Assembly: GCA_045545295.1 (NCBI GenBank)
Contig: JAZQAO010000030.1
Location: forward strand, 606 to 64,605
Direction of reading: 5' to 3'
From: Clostridia bacterium
GTDB taxonomy: Bacteria > Bacillota > Clostridia > UMGS1883
DNA: 64,000 nt
A program made the position numbers and the translations under genes. Positions 7,060-15,748 of this stretch are shown in pieces (the stretch's first letter is position 1; the number at the start of each line of letters is the position of its first letter). Below the pieces are notes generated by a model. That model made no database searches and was not told where the DNA came from. It saw only the letters and a list, made by a program, of their open reading frames with translations.

Positions 7060-9972
7060 TTATTTGTTAGGGACGGAAACATCTACAGAGTATACTATTG
7101 CATCTGTGCCTGCGGCACGGACACGGAAGTCACTGCGAAGGACTTCCATGTTTCCAAGACAGATATCCTTAAACTTGATTGTCTTTGTAAGGCGTCTGCC
7201 TGTACCTTTACGGTTTATGATAAATTCATGCTCTGTAAATTCGTTAATGTCCCCGGGAGCATTTTCATTCCATGTATAGTAACACAATTTAAGGGGCATT
7301 TTTGAGTCGTCCTTGTATGTGATTGTTATTGTTGCAGGGGTGTTATCCGCCTCAACAACAGTTTTCTTAACATCTACATACATCTGACGGCCTGCAGGGA
7401 TTTTAATTTCCTTAACACTGCCGTCTTCGTTAAAGGTTGGCTCGATATAGTGGTCAAAATCACCCTTGTAGCTAAATGATTCACAGCTTTCGGAAAGGTC
7501 AAATCTTCCACCCTCGGTTGGGTTACCTGTAATATCACTTACGTCCATCCATCCCCACTGTGCCACCTTGAAGTCAGGTGTCCATCCGCCGAATACAACA
7601 ATACTTGAATCGGGGCTGAACTGGGGGTGCACGTGACCGTTGTTAAGACCGTTATGGGGGAAACGTGCAAGGAAGTAGTTTTTACCTGTATGGGTTTCTG
7701 TCAGGTTAAAGTCACTTTCCTTATAGCTGTTATAGCTTGTATCGCCTATAATCCAGTTGCCGTACCAGTCCATGGAGCTGTGACAGATAGCCGCGTTCTG
7801 GAAGTAATAGTTCTTTGAATGGCTGTAATCTGCCGGAACGTGCCACAAGTCAGAACCATCGGGACGCATAAGAGCCATAACACCTCTTGTCTCACGTAAT
7901 ACAGAGCCGGAAATAACAAAGGGATAGCTTGCCGTACCGAACCACTCACCGTCGTGAGTCCATGATTCGTGGTTAGAGCCTGTGGCAACAAAGCCTGTTC
8001 CCACATTGTCCTTTTCAGGCTGCATATACCAGCGCTGGTCAAATACGTTAAAGTATTCATCCGTATCTGTGTTAAGCATCCAGTTTCTGTCGAACTGATA
8101 TGTGTTGGCACCTGTGAATGCATTCACATTATTATGCTCGTGAGCAAAGAACACGTAATTTTTATACTTTGGATTGGGATTAATACAGAAATGGTTGAAG
8201 GTGGGGTCGCCTGCAGGCATTTTGAAGCTGTGGCTATAGTCCCATTCCCCTGTTTTAAGATTAAGAAGATTAATGTATCTTCCGCCCTCAATTCTGGGAC
8301 GAACTGATTCGGGAACTTTGGTGTCCTCAAGCTCACAGCTCATCCATGTTTCGTCATTGTTGACCTGCATCAGCTGATAGTAGCCTGTATAACCGGGGAC
8401 ACCGTCACATACTACAACATCCTCGTAAGTATCAAGGTTAACCTTGCGAATCTGATTATCCTTTGCATACCACAGATTGTTTAGGGGAGTTATTACAAAG
8501 TTTCTTCTCTTACCGCATTTTGCAATCCAGCGGCACATTTCTGTTTCAATATTATACTCCCACAGGTTAAGGTCAGCGGTGTTAAAGTAAACACGCTTGT
8601 TATCCATAGCAACACACTGCTGTGTAAAGTAAGGAATAGTTGACTCTTTACCGAAAAGGTTTACTGTGTGATAAGTTCTGCCAGTGTATTTATCCACCAC
8701 AGTTGTGCTGGGAAGCTTAAAGGGTGTCTGCTGCATCCAGCGGTTAAGACCGGGATGATTTACCGTAACTATTGTCTGATATGTGTAGATACCCTTTTCA
8801 AATCCCTGTGTAAAGGCATTGTAACCTGTTTTACGGTTATTTTCGGGAAATGCATTTATTGCAAGAAGTACAAGTGCATCCACATTAGCCGTTCTTTCAG
8901 GCTGAATCATCATATTTTCGGGAACTATCCAGCCTTCACGCTCTGCTATTTTGTGAGCATTATTCCAGAGGTCGCTGTCCTCTATACCCATAAGCTTAAG
9001 GTACCACACAATTAATTCTCTCTGTGTAAATTCCGCCTTAAGGTCAAGACCGGAATCCGCATCTATAACGCCCTTTTCCTGTGCAAGACCTGCATAGCAG
9101 GCATATTCAGTGTCTACGTTCTGTGTAGCAGGCTTAAGGTTACGGCTTACCGCCTCGTCCTTAAGACCGTAGCATTCCATCATTAATTTAAGTGCTTCTT
9201 GTCTTGTGAGGACTTTGTCAAGACCTGCCACAAACTTTTCGCCTGTGCCGAAGCCTTGAAATAAGCCAAGCTTATTAAGTGCCAGTGCAGAAGACATATT
9301 GAATGTACCAAGGTGTGCTTTGGGATCGGTGTTTTTACTGATATTGAGAACTTCTACCTTTGCAAAGGCATTCCACGCACTGGTGTAAATTCTGATATCT
9401 GCACCACCGGGAAGCTGTCCTGTAAAGTTTGCATCCTCAATAAGCATTGAAACTCTCCACCACTTACCGTTTGGGTATTCAAGAGTACCGCCACTACCGT
9501 CGCCCTGCTTTAAAACTGCAAGTCGTACAGGGGTGTCTTGTCCCTGGGGCATATACTCAACATTGAAATATCCGCCGCCGCCATAATCGTAGTAGTCCAC
9601 ATTTACAACAAATACACTGTCGGACGCATCGGCAAAGCCTTTGTCAAATTTCATTGTAAGAACGTTTGAGGCTTTATACTGTCTGCCCTGCATTCCCACA
9701 AAATTTACAAGCTTGTTGTAATTGACATCGTTTTCGTCATTTACATCAGACGGAACATAACTCATTTTCCTTGACTCTACATTCTCTTTAAGCATTATAT
9801 ACGCACTAGTGTCAGTTATGATGTTATTTTCCGTTATTTCGTACTGATTTGACGCAAAGCTGTCATTAACATCCGCCTTTGCTACCATAGGCTGTGAAAT
9901 AAATGATATTCCGACTGTCATACACAGCGCAAACATCCCGATTATGAGCACAAGAAAATTATTTTTTTTCAC
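7060..9972 (-). CDS. Secreted 970-aa multidomain protein: N-terminal beta-sandwich, SLH-like linker repeats, C-terminal PL22 (oligogalacturonate lyase)-like beta-propeller
   Basis: Signal peptide MKKNNFLVLIIGMFALCMTVGISFISQPMVAKA. SLH-like segments LTRQEALKLMMECYGL and FTQRELIVWYLKLMGI. The C-terminal part has VDKYTGRTYHTVNLFGKESTIPYFTQQCVAMDNKRVYF and HVHPQFSPDSSIVVFGG, as in Ogl-type lyases and as in the paralog at 38210-39433. Confidence 0.6.
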   Translation of the reverse strand: MKKNNFLVLIIGMFALCMTVGISFISQPMVAKADVNDSFASNQYEITENNIITDTSAYIMLKENVESRKMSYVPSDVNDENDVNYNKLVNFVGMQGRQYKASNVLTMKFDKGFADASDSVFVVNVDYYDYGGGGYFNVEYMPQGQDTPVRLAVLKQGDGSGGTLEYPNGKWWRVSMLIEDANFTGQLPGGADIRIYTSAWNAFAKVEVLNISKNTDPKAHLGTFNMSSALALNKLGLFQGFGTGEKFVAGLDKVLTRQEALKLMMECYGLKDEAVSRNLKPATQNVDTEYACYAGLAQEKGVIDADSGLDLKAEFTQRELIVWYLKLMGIEDSDLWNNAHKIAEREGWIVPENMMIQPERTANVDALVLLAINAFPENNRKTGYNAFTQGFEKGIYTYQTIVTVNHPGLNRWMQQTPFKLPSTTVVDKYTGRTYHTVNLFGKESTIPYFTQQCVAMDNKRVYFNTADLNLWEYNIETEMCRWIAKCGKRRNFVITPLNNLWYAKDNQIRKVNLDTYEDVVVCDGVPGYTGYYQLMQVNNDETWMSCELEDTKVPESVRPRIEGGRYINLLNLKTGEWDYSHSFKMPAGDPTFNHFCINPNPKYKNYVFFAHEHNNVNAFTGANTYQFDRNWMLNTDTDEYFNVFDQRWYMQPEKDNVGTGFVATGSNHESWTHDGEWFGTASYPFVISGSVLRETRGVMALMRPDGSDLWHVPADYSHSKNYYFQNAAICHSSMDWYGNWIIGDTSYNSYKESDFNLTETHTGKNYFLARFPHNGLNNGHVHPQFSPDSSIVVFGGWTPDFKVAQWGWMDVSDITGNPTEGGRFDLSESCESFSYKGDFDHYIEPTFNEDGSVKEIKIPAGRQMYVDVKKTVVEADNTPATITITYKDDSKMPLKLCYYTWNENAPGDINEFTEHEFIINRKGTGRRLTKTIKFKDICLGNMEVLRSDFRVRAAGTDAIVYSVDVSVPNK

Positions 9973-9986
9973 GGTGCTCCCTCCTT

Positions 9987-11696
9987 TTAGTTTGCAGTTA
10001 CACGAAGTGAAGAAATGTAAAGGTCATTGTCTGCTGTTACAGAATATTCGTTATCTGAAACAGTATCCTGACTGAATCTTATCTTTCTCCATGTGTTTGC
10101 AGGAATTGTGGCTGTCTGCCCGTCGCTTAAAACAACTGTTGTGTCCTCTTCAGCGTAGCAGCAAAGCTCAATTTTTCCTGCCTGACCTCTTATTTCTGTA
10201 TCCTTTACGGTAAAGGTCAGTGTGTTATCTATATCTGAAAGTGCAACAGAAAGTCTGCCGCCCTTTTCACAAAGTGCCTTTTCTCCGTCAACAGAGAAGC
10301 CCTTTGCATTACAATCAAGACCTGAAATAATTGTTGCAGCCTCTGTTTCTGTGGGATTTTCAATTACAAGGCTTGCACCTGAAAGTTTCTTATAGTTTTC
10401 ATAAGTTTCATCAAGGGGCATAAGAGTTACCTTATACACCTTAAGGTAGTCGTTTTCGTAAAGATATTCCTTTTCAAGACCTGCAGGATTTCTGTTTTCC
10501 TGCCATTCAGCGTTCCATCCGCGTGAATTCCACAGTGCCATCATTGAACCATTTGCAGAAGCATCCGCACCTGTGCCTGATGTTGGAATTCCGCTAAGCT
10601 GGGTATATGCCTTGAAAGTGCCTTTTACTGTTTTCCACGCATTGTCGTTTTCAAGATTAACAGCTGTACTTGCAGAATCGTAAAGCTCGTTAGCGTCGTT
10701 ACCATCTTTCATATAGTACTGCATCTGAAGCTTTGCAATACCGTTTTCTTCTTCGTAACGGTCGAAATATGTGATTTCGTATGCATACCATGCGTTATCG
10801 CCTTCTACGGGATTTTTGAGCTTAAAGCCCATACGTGAAAGTGCACGTGTGTAGTTGGGGTCGTTACCTGATGTTGCACGATAAACAACAGTTGTGCTGA
10901 GGCAGTTAAGACCTCCTACGTTGTCCTGTTTAAATGTATAATAGGTAGTATCGCCAACGCTTGCCTTGGGGGCGTAAGTAACGTTACCATCCTTTGATGT
11001 TATGCCGATGGGGTCGTCGTCTGTTCTTGGTTTTGAGTTTGTTATTAAAGTATTGGGCATATATGTTGATGCCGCCATTATATCACTGGCAGAAGATTCA
11101 GCACCAACGCTGTCAAGGGCCTTTACCTCAAAATTGAAGTTTGCCCCGGGTGCAAGATTTTCTGCATTATATTCAAGTCCGCTGACTGGGGTTTCTGTTA
11201 CAAGCAAACCGTCGTCATAAATATTATATTTTAAGTCATCCTGACTGTCATAGTCGTCGTCGGGTGCAGACCATGTCATATTTGCAGTGGTGATATCCCC
11301 TGTTGCAACACCTGCTACGGGTGAAGCGGGTTCAAAGTTTTTCATGGACTGCATATCTGTAAGATTGTTCCATAAATAGTGGCGAAGTTCTGTATTACCA
11401 CCACGTGTACCTGTAAGTGACACTGAAAGAGTCTTGGGAGTGCCGGTAAGAGTACTTACATCGTCACATTTTGTCCAGTTTATTTCAATAACTTCGTTTG
11501 TAACTACGTTTACCAAAGCAGCTACCAGAACGGCACCTTCGCCTTCGGGTGCGCTTGTCAGTTCGTATGTAACAGTAGTACCTGCGTCAGATGTAACATT
11601 GACATTACCGTACTGAACTTTTGCAGAAACAGACAGTACTGCCATGCACATACATAAAACCGCAGCTATTAATGCTACACGGATTACATTTTTCAT
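9987..11696 (-). CDS. Secreted protein with an FN3-like module; function unknown
   Basis: Signal peptide MKNVIRVALIAAVLCMCMAVLSVSA. FN3-like stretch: MTWSAPDDDYDSQDDLKYNIYDDGLLVTETPVSGLEYNAENLAPGANFNFEVKALDSVG. AAAGGAGAG RBS. Confidence 0.7.
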   Translation of the reverse strand: MKNVIRVALIAAVLCMCMAVLSVSAKVQYGNVNVTSDAGTTVTYELTSAPEGEGAVLVAALVNVVTNEVIEINWTKCDDVSTLTGTPKTLSVSLTGTRGGNTELRHYLWNNLTDMQSMKNFEPASPVAGVATGDITTANMTWSAPDDDYDSQDDLKYNIYDDGLLVTETPVSGLEYNAENLAPGANFNFEVKALDSVGAESSASDIMAASTYMPNTLITNSKPRTDDDPIGITSKDGNVTYAPKASVGDTTYYTFKQDNVGGLNCLSTTVVYRATSGNDPNYTRALSRMGFKLKNPVEGDNAWYAYEITYFDRYEEENGIAKLQMQYYMKDGNDANELYDSASTAVNLENDNAWKTVKGTFKAYTQLSGIPTSGTGADASANGSMMALWNSRGWNAEWQENRNPAGLEKEYLYENDYLKVYKVTLMPLDETYENYKKLSGASLVIENPTETEAATIISGLDCNAKGFSVDGEKALCEKGGRLSVALSDIDNTLTFTVKDTEIRGQAGKIELCCYAEEDTTVVLSDGQTATIPANTWRKIRFSQDTVSDNEYSVTADNDLYISSLRVTAN

Positions 11697-11752
11697 ACTT
11701 TATCTCTCCTTTTGTAAGCTGCTTTTTTAAAACAACCAATTTTAAAGCGGTG

Positions 11753-11783
11753 CACAACCGAAGAAGCATTTTCTTCGGTTGTG
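11753..11783 (-). terminator. Intergenic hairpin inside the gene cluster (possible attenuator or weak terminator)
   Basis: CACAACCGAAGAA / TTCTTCGGTTGTG, a 13-bp stem with a 5-nt loop. It lies between the stop at 11800 and the next start at 11696. The trailing tract on the minus strand is only CTTTAAAATT, so it is a weak terminator at best. Confidence 0.45.
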
Positions 11784-11799
11784 TACCATAATTTTAAGT

Positions 11800-14349
11800 T
11801 TATCTTGCTACGCTGTAAGCAATAGGTGCAAATTCTTCGCTGATGAAGAACATTTTTACGTTGTTTCCAACGTTATCTTCGGTAAAGTCAAAAGCACCTG
11901 TTTCATTTACACCATTTGTATACTTGTAAATTTTCACACTTTCAAGCATCGACATTGTGTCATCTGTGTATTTTGCAACAATGAGCTTACCTGAAACATC
12001 GTTTCCGAGGCTGATGCCGGGAATGTTTGTATCAAGTGCACGGAGTGCTACGGGAGCACCTGTAATTGTCCATGAGCCTGTAACAGTATTTGAGTTATAT
12101 GTAATAGTTGCCTCAAGAGTATGTGTACCCATATCGTTAAATGCAACCGGCACTCTTCCGTCAACTTCTGTAAGTGCCACGCCGTCAAGCTTCCACTGGA
12201 TGCTTACACCTGTGGGAATTTTTTCAGAGTTATTTGTATTTCCGAAAACATAAGCACTTCCCGGGAAGAAACCTGTATCTACCATATCATTATAAAGAGT
12301 TTCACCATTTGCAAAAGCATATTTGGTTGTGAAGTTCTTATTAATTCTGCGAAGTGCACCATCAAGAACTGCCTTTGTGTTTTTAGTTGTAGTTTCAGCA
12401 ACAGTTACATTATCAATAAGAATCGCACCGTTTTCTGGGAGTTCAAAAGTAAGGTAACGGAAAGGATTCGCCCAGTAAACGCCGTTACCTGTTACAATAC
12501 CACAGTTAAGAGGAGCATCATTTACCTTTGTTCCATTAAGATACACATCATATACAAAGCCAACAGTGCTGAGGTCAATTTCGACACGGTTCCATTCATT
12601 TGCTTCTACACCGAAATCTGCAAGGTTATATGTTTCGGCAAGATTAGGATTGTTACCCTGTGTTACATCATTTGAACGTTCCTTAAGAGCAAAAGTACCT
12701 GCTTCAAAATCAAAAGAAACAGCAGCTGTGGTATCTGCACCTGAAAATGCAATTGTTGCCTTTGTACCTTCCGCAAGTTTAAAATCAGCACTCATCTGCA
12801 TACGCATATTTTCCTGACCGCCGCCACCCTGAGTAAGGGCTACAGTTTTACTTGCATTGCTTGCATTGACAAATTTTGCAACCTTGTTTGCAACTTCTGA
12901 ATCTGATTCAATAGCAGTTGTCCATGTAACACCTGCGGGAACCGGATCACCGGTTTTACCAAACACCTTGAATTCCATTTCAGTGTAGGGAGTGTTATTC
13001 ATAACCTGGGGAGCTTCCCAGTCACCATCAAATCCAAATGCCACTTTAGATGCATTTCTTGATCTTACATTCATTCCCGCAGGAACAACAGTGTAAGAAT
13101 ATGTATATGTCTTGGGAGTTGTGTCTCCTTCACCTGTAGGTGTGATTGTTGCAACAAGCTTACCTGTGTTGAATGTAGTCTGATTCTGTGCGAGAGATAC
13201 ACTTTCACCAAGTGCTACACCATTTTCATCTGCCCAGCTTACAATACCGCCGTATGTAGGAAGTGCAACTGTCTTAGCTGAAAGAGCTACATTATCTGTA
13301 AGAGGGAACTTTTCTTCAAGGTCATCAATTACGTAGTCAAGCTGTTCCTCTGCAGAAAGTGTAGGAATAAGTTCATCCACGCTACGGCTTGTGCTTATAC
13401 AGAAATTATCAATGTTCAAAATACCTGATGCCAGATTTGAATCACTTCTCTTAACCTCAACAAGGTCAATCTTGTTCATATCATATGCTACGAAATCGTT
13501 AACACCGGAAGCTCTCTGACCTTTTACAGTAAATGGTCCAAGTTCAGCATTGTCACCGAAAGTTACCCAGAACTGCTTGTTTACCATATCAATTTTTGCA
13601 TGGTAGTGTACAAACTCTGTTCCTGTGTAAGTACCGAAGTTTTTTCCGATTTCGTAAGAGTAAGGTCTTGCTGTTCCCAGACGAAAACGAGTGAGGATAA
13701 AAGTAGTTGTAGCAGCAGAACCGTCGCTTACCTTTGTACCTGCAAGACGAAGCTGAATCATTGTGTCTTTATCCGGATCAGCTTTAACATCAAAGTCAAC
13801 ATAGATCATATCGCCCTGCACGTCCATAGCCTTTCTCTTAAGAGCACTGCTTGATTCAAAGTCAAATGCAGCATACTGATTGCCGTCAGCATCTTTGCCG
13901 ATAGATGTTGCTACAGCATCACCGTATGACTGCCAGGGTTTTGAACTTCCTACGCTGATGAAATCTTCAACAGTTGCATAAGCAAAGCTGTCCTGATACA
14001 TTACATCTGTTGTTCTTGCTTTAACTGTGAAGTTGAAAGCTTTCTCCTCTGTACCTGCAGTTGCAGTAAGAGTTACGTTGGCATCTTTCGCAATAGGTCT
14101 TGTAACAGTACCGTCATTTGCTAAAACATCAGGATTACTGCTTGACCATGTAACGCCATCGATTTCGGGAAGTGTCAGGTTACTTACAATGCTTGAGGGA
14201 ATCTGATTCACACCGTCTGACACTGCCAGCTTTTCAGCAGTAAGTGCCGAAAGCACTGATTCTTCTGCCATTACACCAAAGGTACAAACAGAAAAAACAA
14301 GAGCTATAACGCATACCACTGACAAGATTTTTGCCAAAGGTTTTTTCAT
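11800..14349 (-). CDS. Giant secreted protein, paralog of 19143-22583 (shared Ig-like N-module); function unknown
   Basis: Start moved to ATG 14349 (MKKPLAKILSVVCVIALVFSV..., AAAGGAG RBS). The N-module MAEESVLSALTAEKLAVSDGVNQIPSSIVSNLTLPEIDGVTWSSSNPDVLANDGTVTRPIAKDANVTLTA is close to the N-terminus of the 19143-22583 protein. Confidence 0.75.
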   Translation of the reverse strand: MKKPLAKILSVVCVIALVFSVCTFGVMAEESVLSALTAEKLAVSDGVNQIPSSIVSNLTLPEIDGVTWSSSNPDVLANDGTVTRPIAKDANVTLTATAGTEEKAFNFTVKARTTDVMYQDSFAYATVEDFISVGSSKPWQSYGDAVATSIGKDADGNQYAAFDFESSSALKRKAMDVQGDMIYVDFDVKADPDKDTMIQLRLAGTKVSDGSAATTTFILTRFRLGTARPYSYEIGKNFGTYTGTEFVHYHAKIDMVNKQFWVTFGDNAELGPFTVKGQRASGVNDFVAYDMNKIDLVEVKRSDSNLASGILNIDNFCISTSRSVDELIPTLSAEEQLDYVIDDLEEKFPLTDNVALSAKTVALPTYGGIVSWADENGVALGESVSLAQNQTTFNTGKLVATITPTGEGDTTPKTYTYSYTVVPAGMNVRSRNASKVAFGFDGDWEAPQVMNNTPYTEMEFKVFGKTGDPVPAGVTWTTAIESDSEVANKVAKFVNASNASKTVALTQGGGGQENMRMQMSADFKLAEGTKATIAFSGADTTAAVSFDFEAGTFALKERSNDVTQGNNPNLAETYNLADFGVEANEWNRVEIDLSTVGFVYDVYLNGTKVNDAPLNCGIVTGNGVYWANPFRYLTFELPENGAILIDNVTVAETTTKNTKAVLDGALRRINKNFTTKYAFANGETLYNDMVDTGFFPGSAYVFGNTNNSEKIPTGVSIQWKLDGVALTEVDGRVPVAFNDMGTHTLEATITYNSNTVTGSWTITGAPVALRALDTNIPGISLGNDVSGKLIVAKYTDDTMSMLESVKIYKYTNGVNETGAFDFTEDNVGNNVKMFFISEEFAPIAYSVAR

Positions 14350-14394
14350 TTTAATTACTCCTTTCAAAATTATAATAAATTAATGTAATTAATT

Positions 14395-14967
14395 TTACTC
14401 GGGTTTCTTTTCAAGCTTTAAGGGGTAATCTCCAAGCTTGTTTACCTTGAAGCCGTTCTTTTTGTACTCTTCGTAATCGAATGCTTCAAGCTCATCAATT
14501 GAAAGCTTATGGAACTCGTAGAAGTTATGCCACCACTCATAATCTGTGCCAAGTTCTGCAGAAAGGTATGCATCTGCAATGTCACAACCCATTGCGGGAG
14601 CTACATAGAATGCACCCATTGCAAGAACGTTTACACCGTTGCCTGTGATTGCACGTCGAGCTGCAGGCACACTTTCAACAACGCCTGCGTGTACGTGGGG
14701 GCACTTGCTTGCAGCAATGTGTATACCCATACCTGTACCGCAGAAGAGAAGTGCTCTTTCAAATTCCCCTTCAGAAATCATTGCACCTGCACGAAGTCCT
14801 ACTCTGTGGAACATAAGGTCTGTGTCATCAGGATCGGAATCTGTCTTTACACCGATATCCGTGATTGTCCAGCCCTTTGCACGAAGATGCTCACAAACCG
14901 CCTCTTTAAGAGGGAAGCCTGCAAAGTCAGCACCTACAAGAATTTGTTTGTCTTTGATTGTTTTCAT
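14395..14967 (-). CDS. RpiB/LacA/LacB-family sugar isomerase
   Basis: ILVGADFAGFPLKEAVCEHLRAKGWTITDIG and CGTGMGIHIAASKCPHVHAGVVESVPAARRAITGNGVNVLAMGA match family hallmarks. AGGAGGA RBS. Confidence 0.75.
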   Translation of the reverse strand: MKTIKDKQILVGADFAGFPLKEAVCEHLRAKGWTITDIGVKTDSDPDDTDLMFHRVGLRAGAMISEGEFERALLFCGTGMGIHIAASKCPHVHAGVVESVPAARRAITGNGVNVLAMGAFYVAPAMGCDIADAYLSAELGTDYEWWHNFYEFHKLSIDELEAFDYEEYKKNGFKVNKLGDYPLKLEKKPE

Positions 14968-15003
14968 AAAATTTTCCTCCTATATAAATATATATTGAAT
15001 TAA

Positions 15004-15732
15004 TTAATTTTCCGACATAAAAATCATTTCCGCAAGCTTGAATGCGAAAAGCCAGTGCATATCGTGCGTGGGATGATTGATTCTGTTTGAAAGAAGTCTT
15101 GTGGTGTTAACCTCACACGCATCAAGTCTTTCCCAGATTTTGTAGCAGTCGCACACGGGGATGTTTTCTTCTGCGCAAACTTCCCTTGCAATTGCAAGAT
15201 ACTTTTGAAGGGACCCCTTTGCCATACGGACAATATCTGTAAGAACCTTCTTTGTATATTCGTCCTTTTCCTCGGGACTTACTTCCTCGGGAATAAGGTT
15301 AGGTGTCATAAAGATAATTTCACTGCCACATTCCTTAAGCTTTTTGAAAATGCCTTTAAGGGCATTACGGTAACCTTCATGACCTCTCTCCCCTGCACAG
15401 CAGTCGTTAAGACCGAAGCACACAATTGTAAGGTCGGGATTAAATGCACATACGTCACGTTCAACACGTCCGAGGGCAACTTCTGTATTGCCGCCGCTTA
15501 TACCACCGTAAATCATATTGATTGGTACCATTGGGTAAAGCATCTGAATTATACTGCGAAGCTTTGTATGGTAACCCTCCTCAATCCTTACTTCGGGAAG
15601 AATGCTCTCTTCCCCTGTTTTATAAAGCTCAAAGCATCCTTGTGTTACACTGTCACCAAAAAATGCGATTGTAACCGGGGGGTTAGCATTAAGGTCTCTC
15701 TGTTTTGCTATGATTTTTTCTACAATTTTCAT
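15004..15732 (-). CDS. SGNH/GDSL hydrolase (probable carbohydrate acetylesterase)
   Basis: Block I FFGDSVTQG, block III GLNDC. No signal peptide. AGGAGA RBS. Confidence 0.7.
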   Translation of the reverse strand: MKIVEKIIAKQRDLNANPPVTIAFFGDSVTQGCFELYKTGEESILPEVRIEEGYHTKLRSIIQMLYPMVPINMIYGGISGGNTEVALGRVERDVCAFNPDLTIVCFGLNDCCAGERGHEGYRNALKGIFKKLKECGSEIIFMTPNLIPEEVSPEEKDEYTKKVLTDIVRMAKGSLQKYLAIAREVCAEENIPVCDCYKIWERLDACEVNTTRLLSNRINHPTHDMHWLFAFKLAEMIFMSEN

Positions 15733-15748
15733 TTTAATGATTCTCCTG

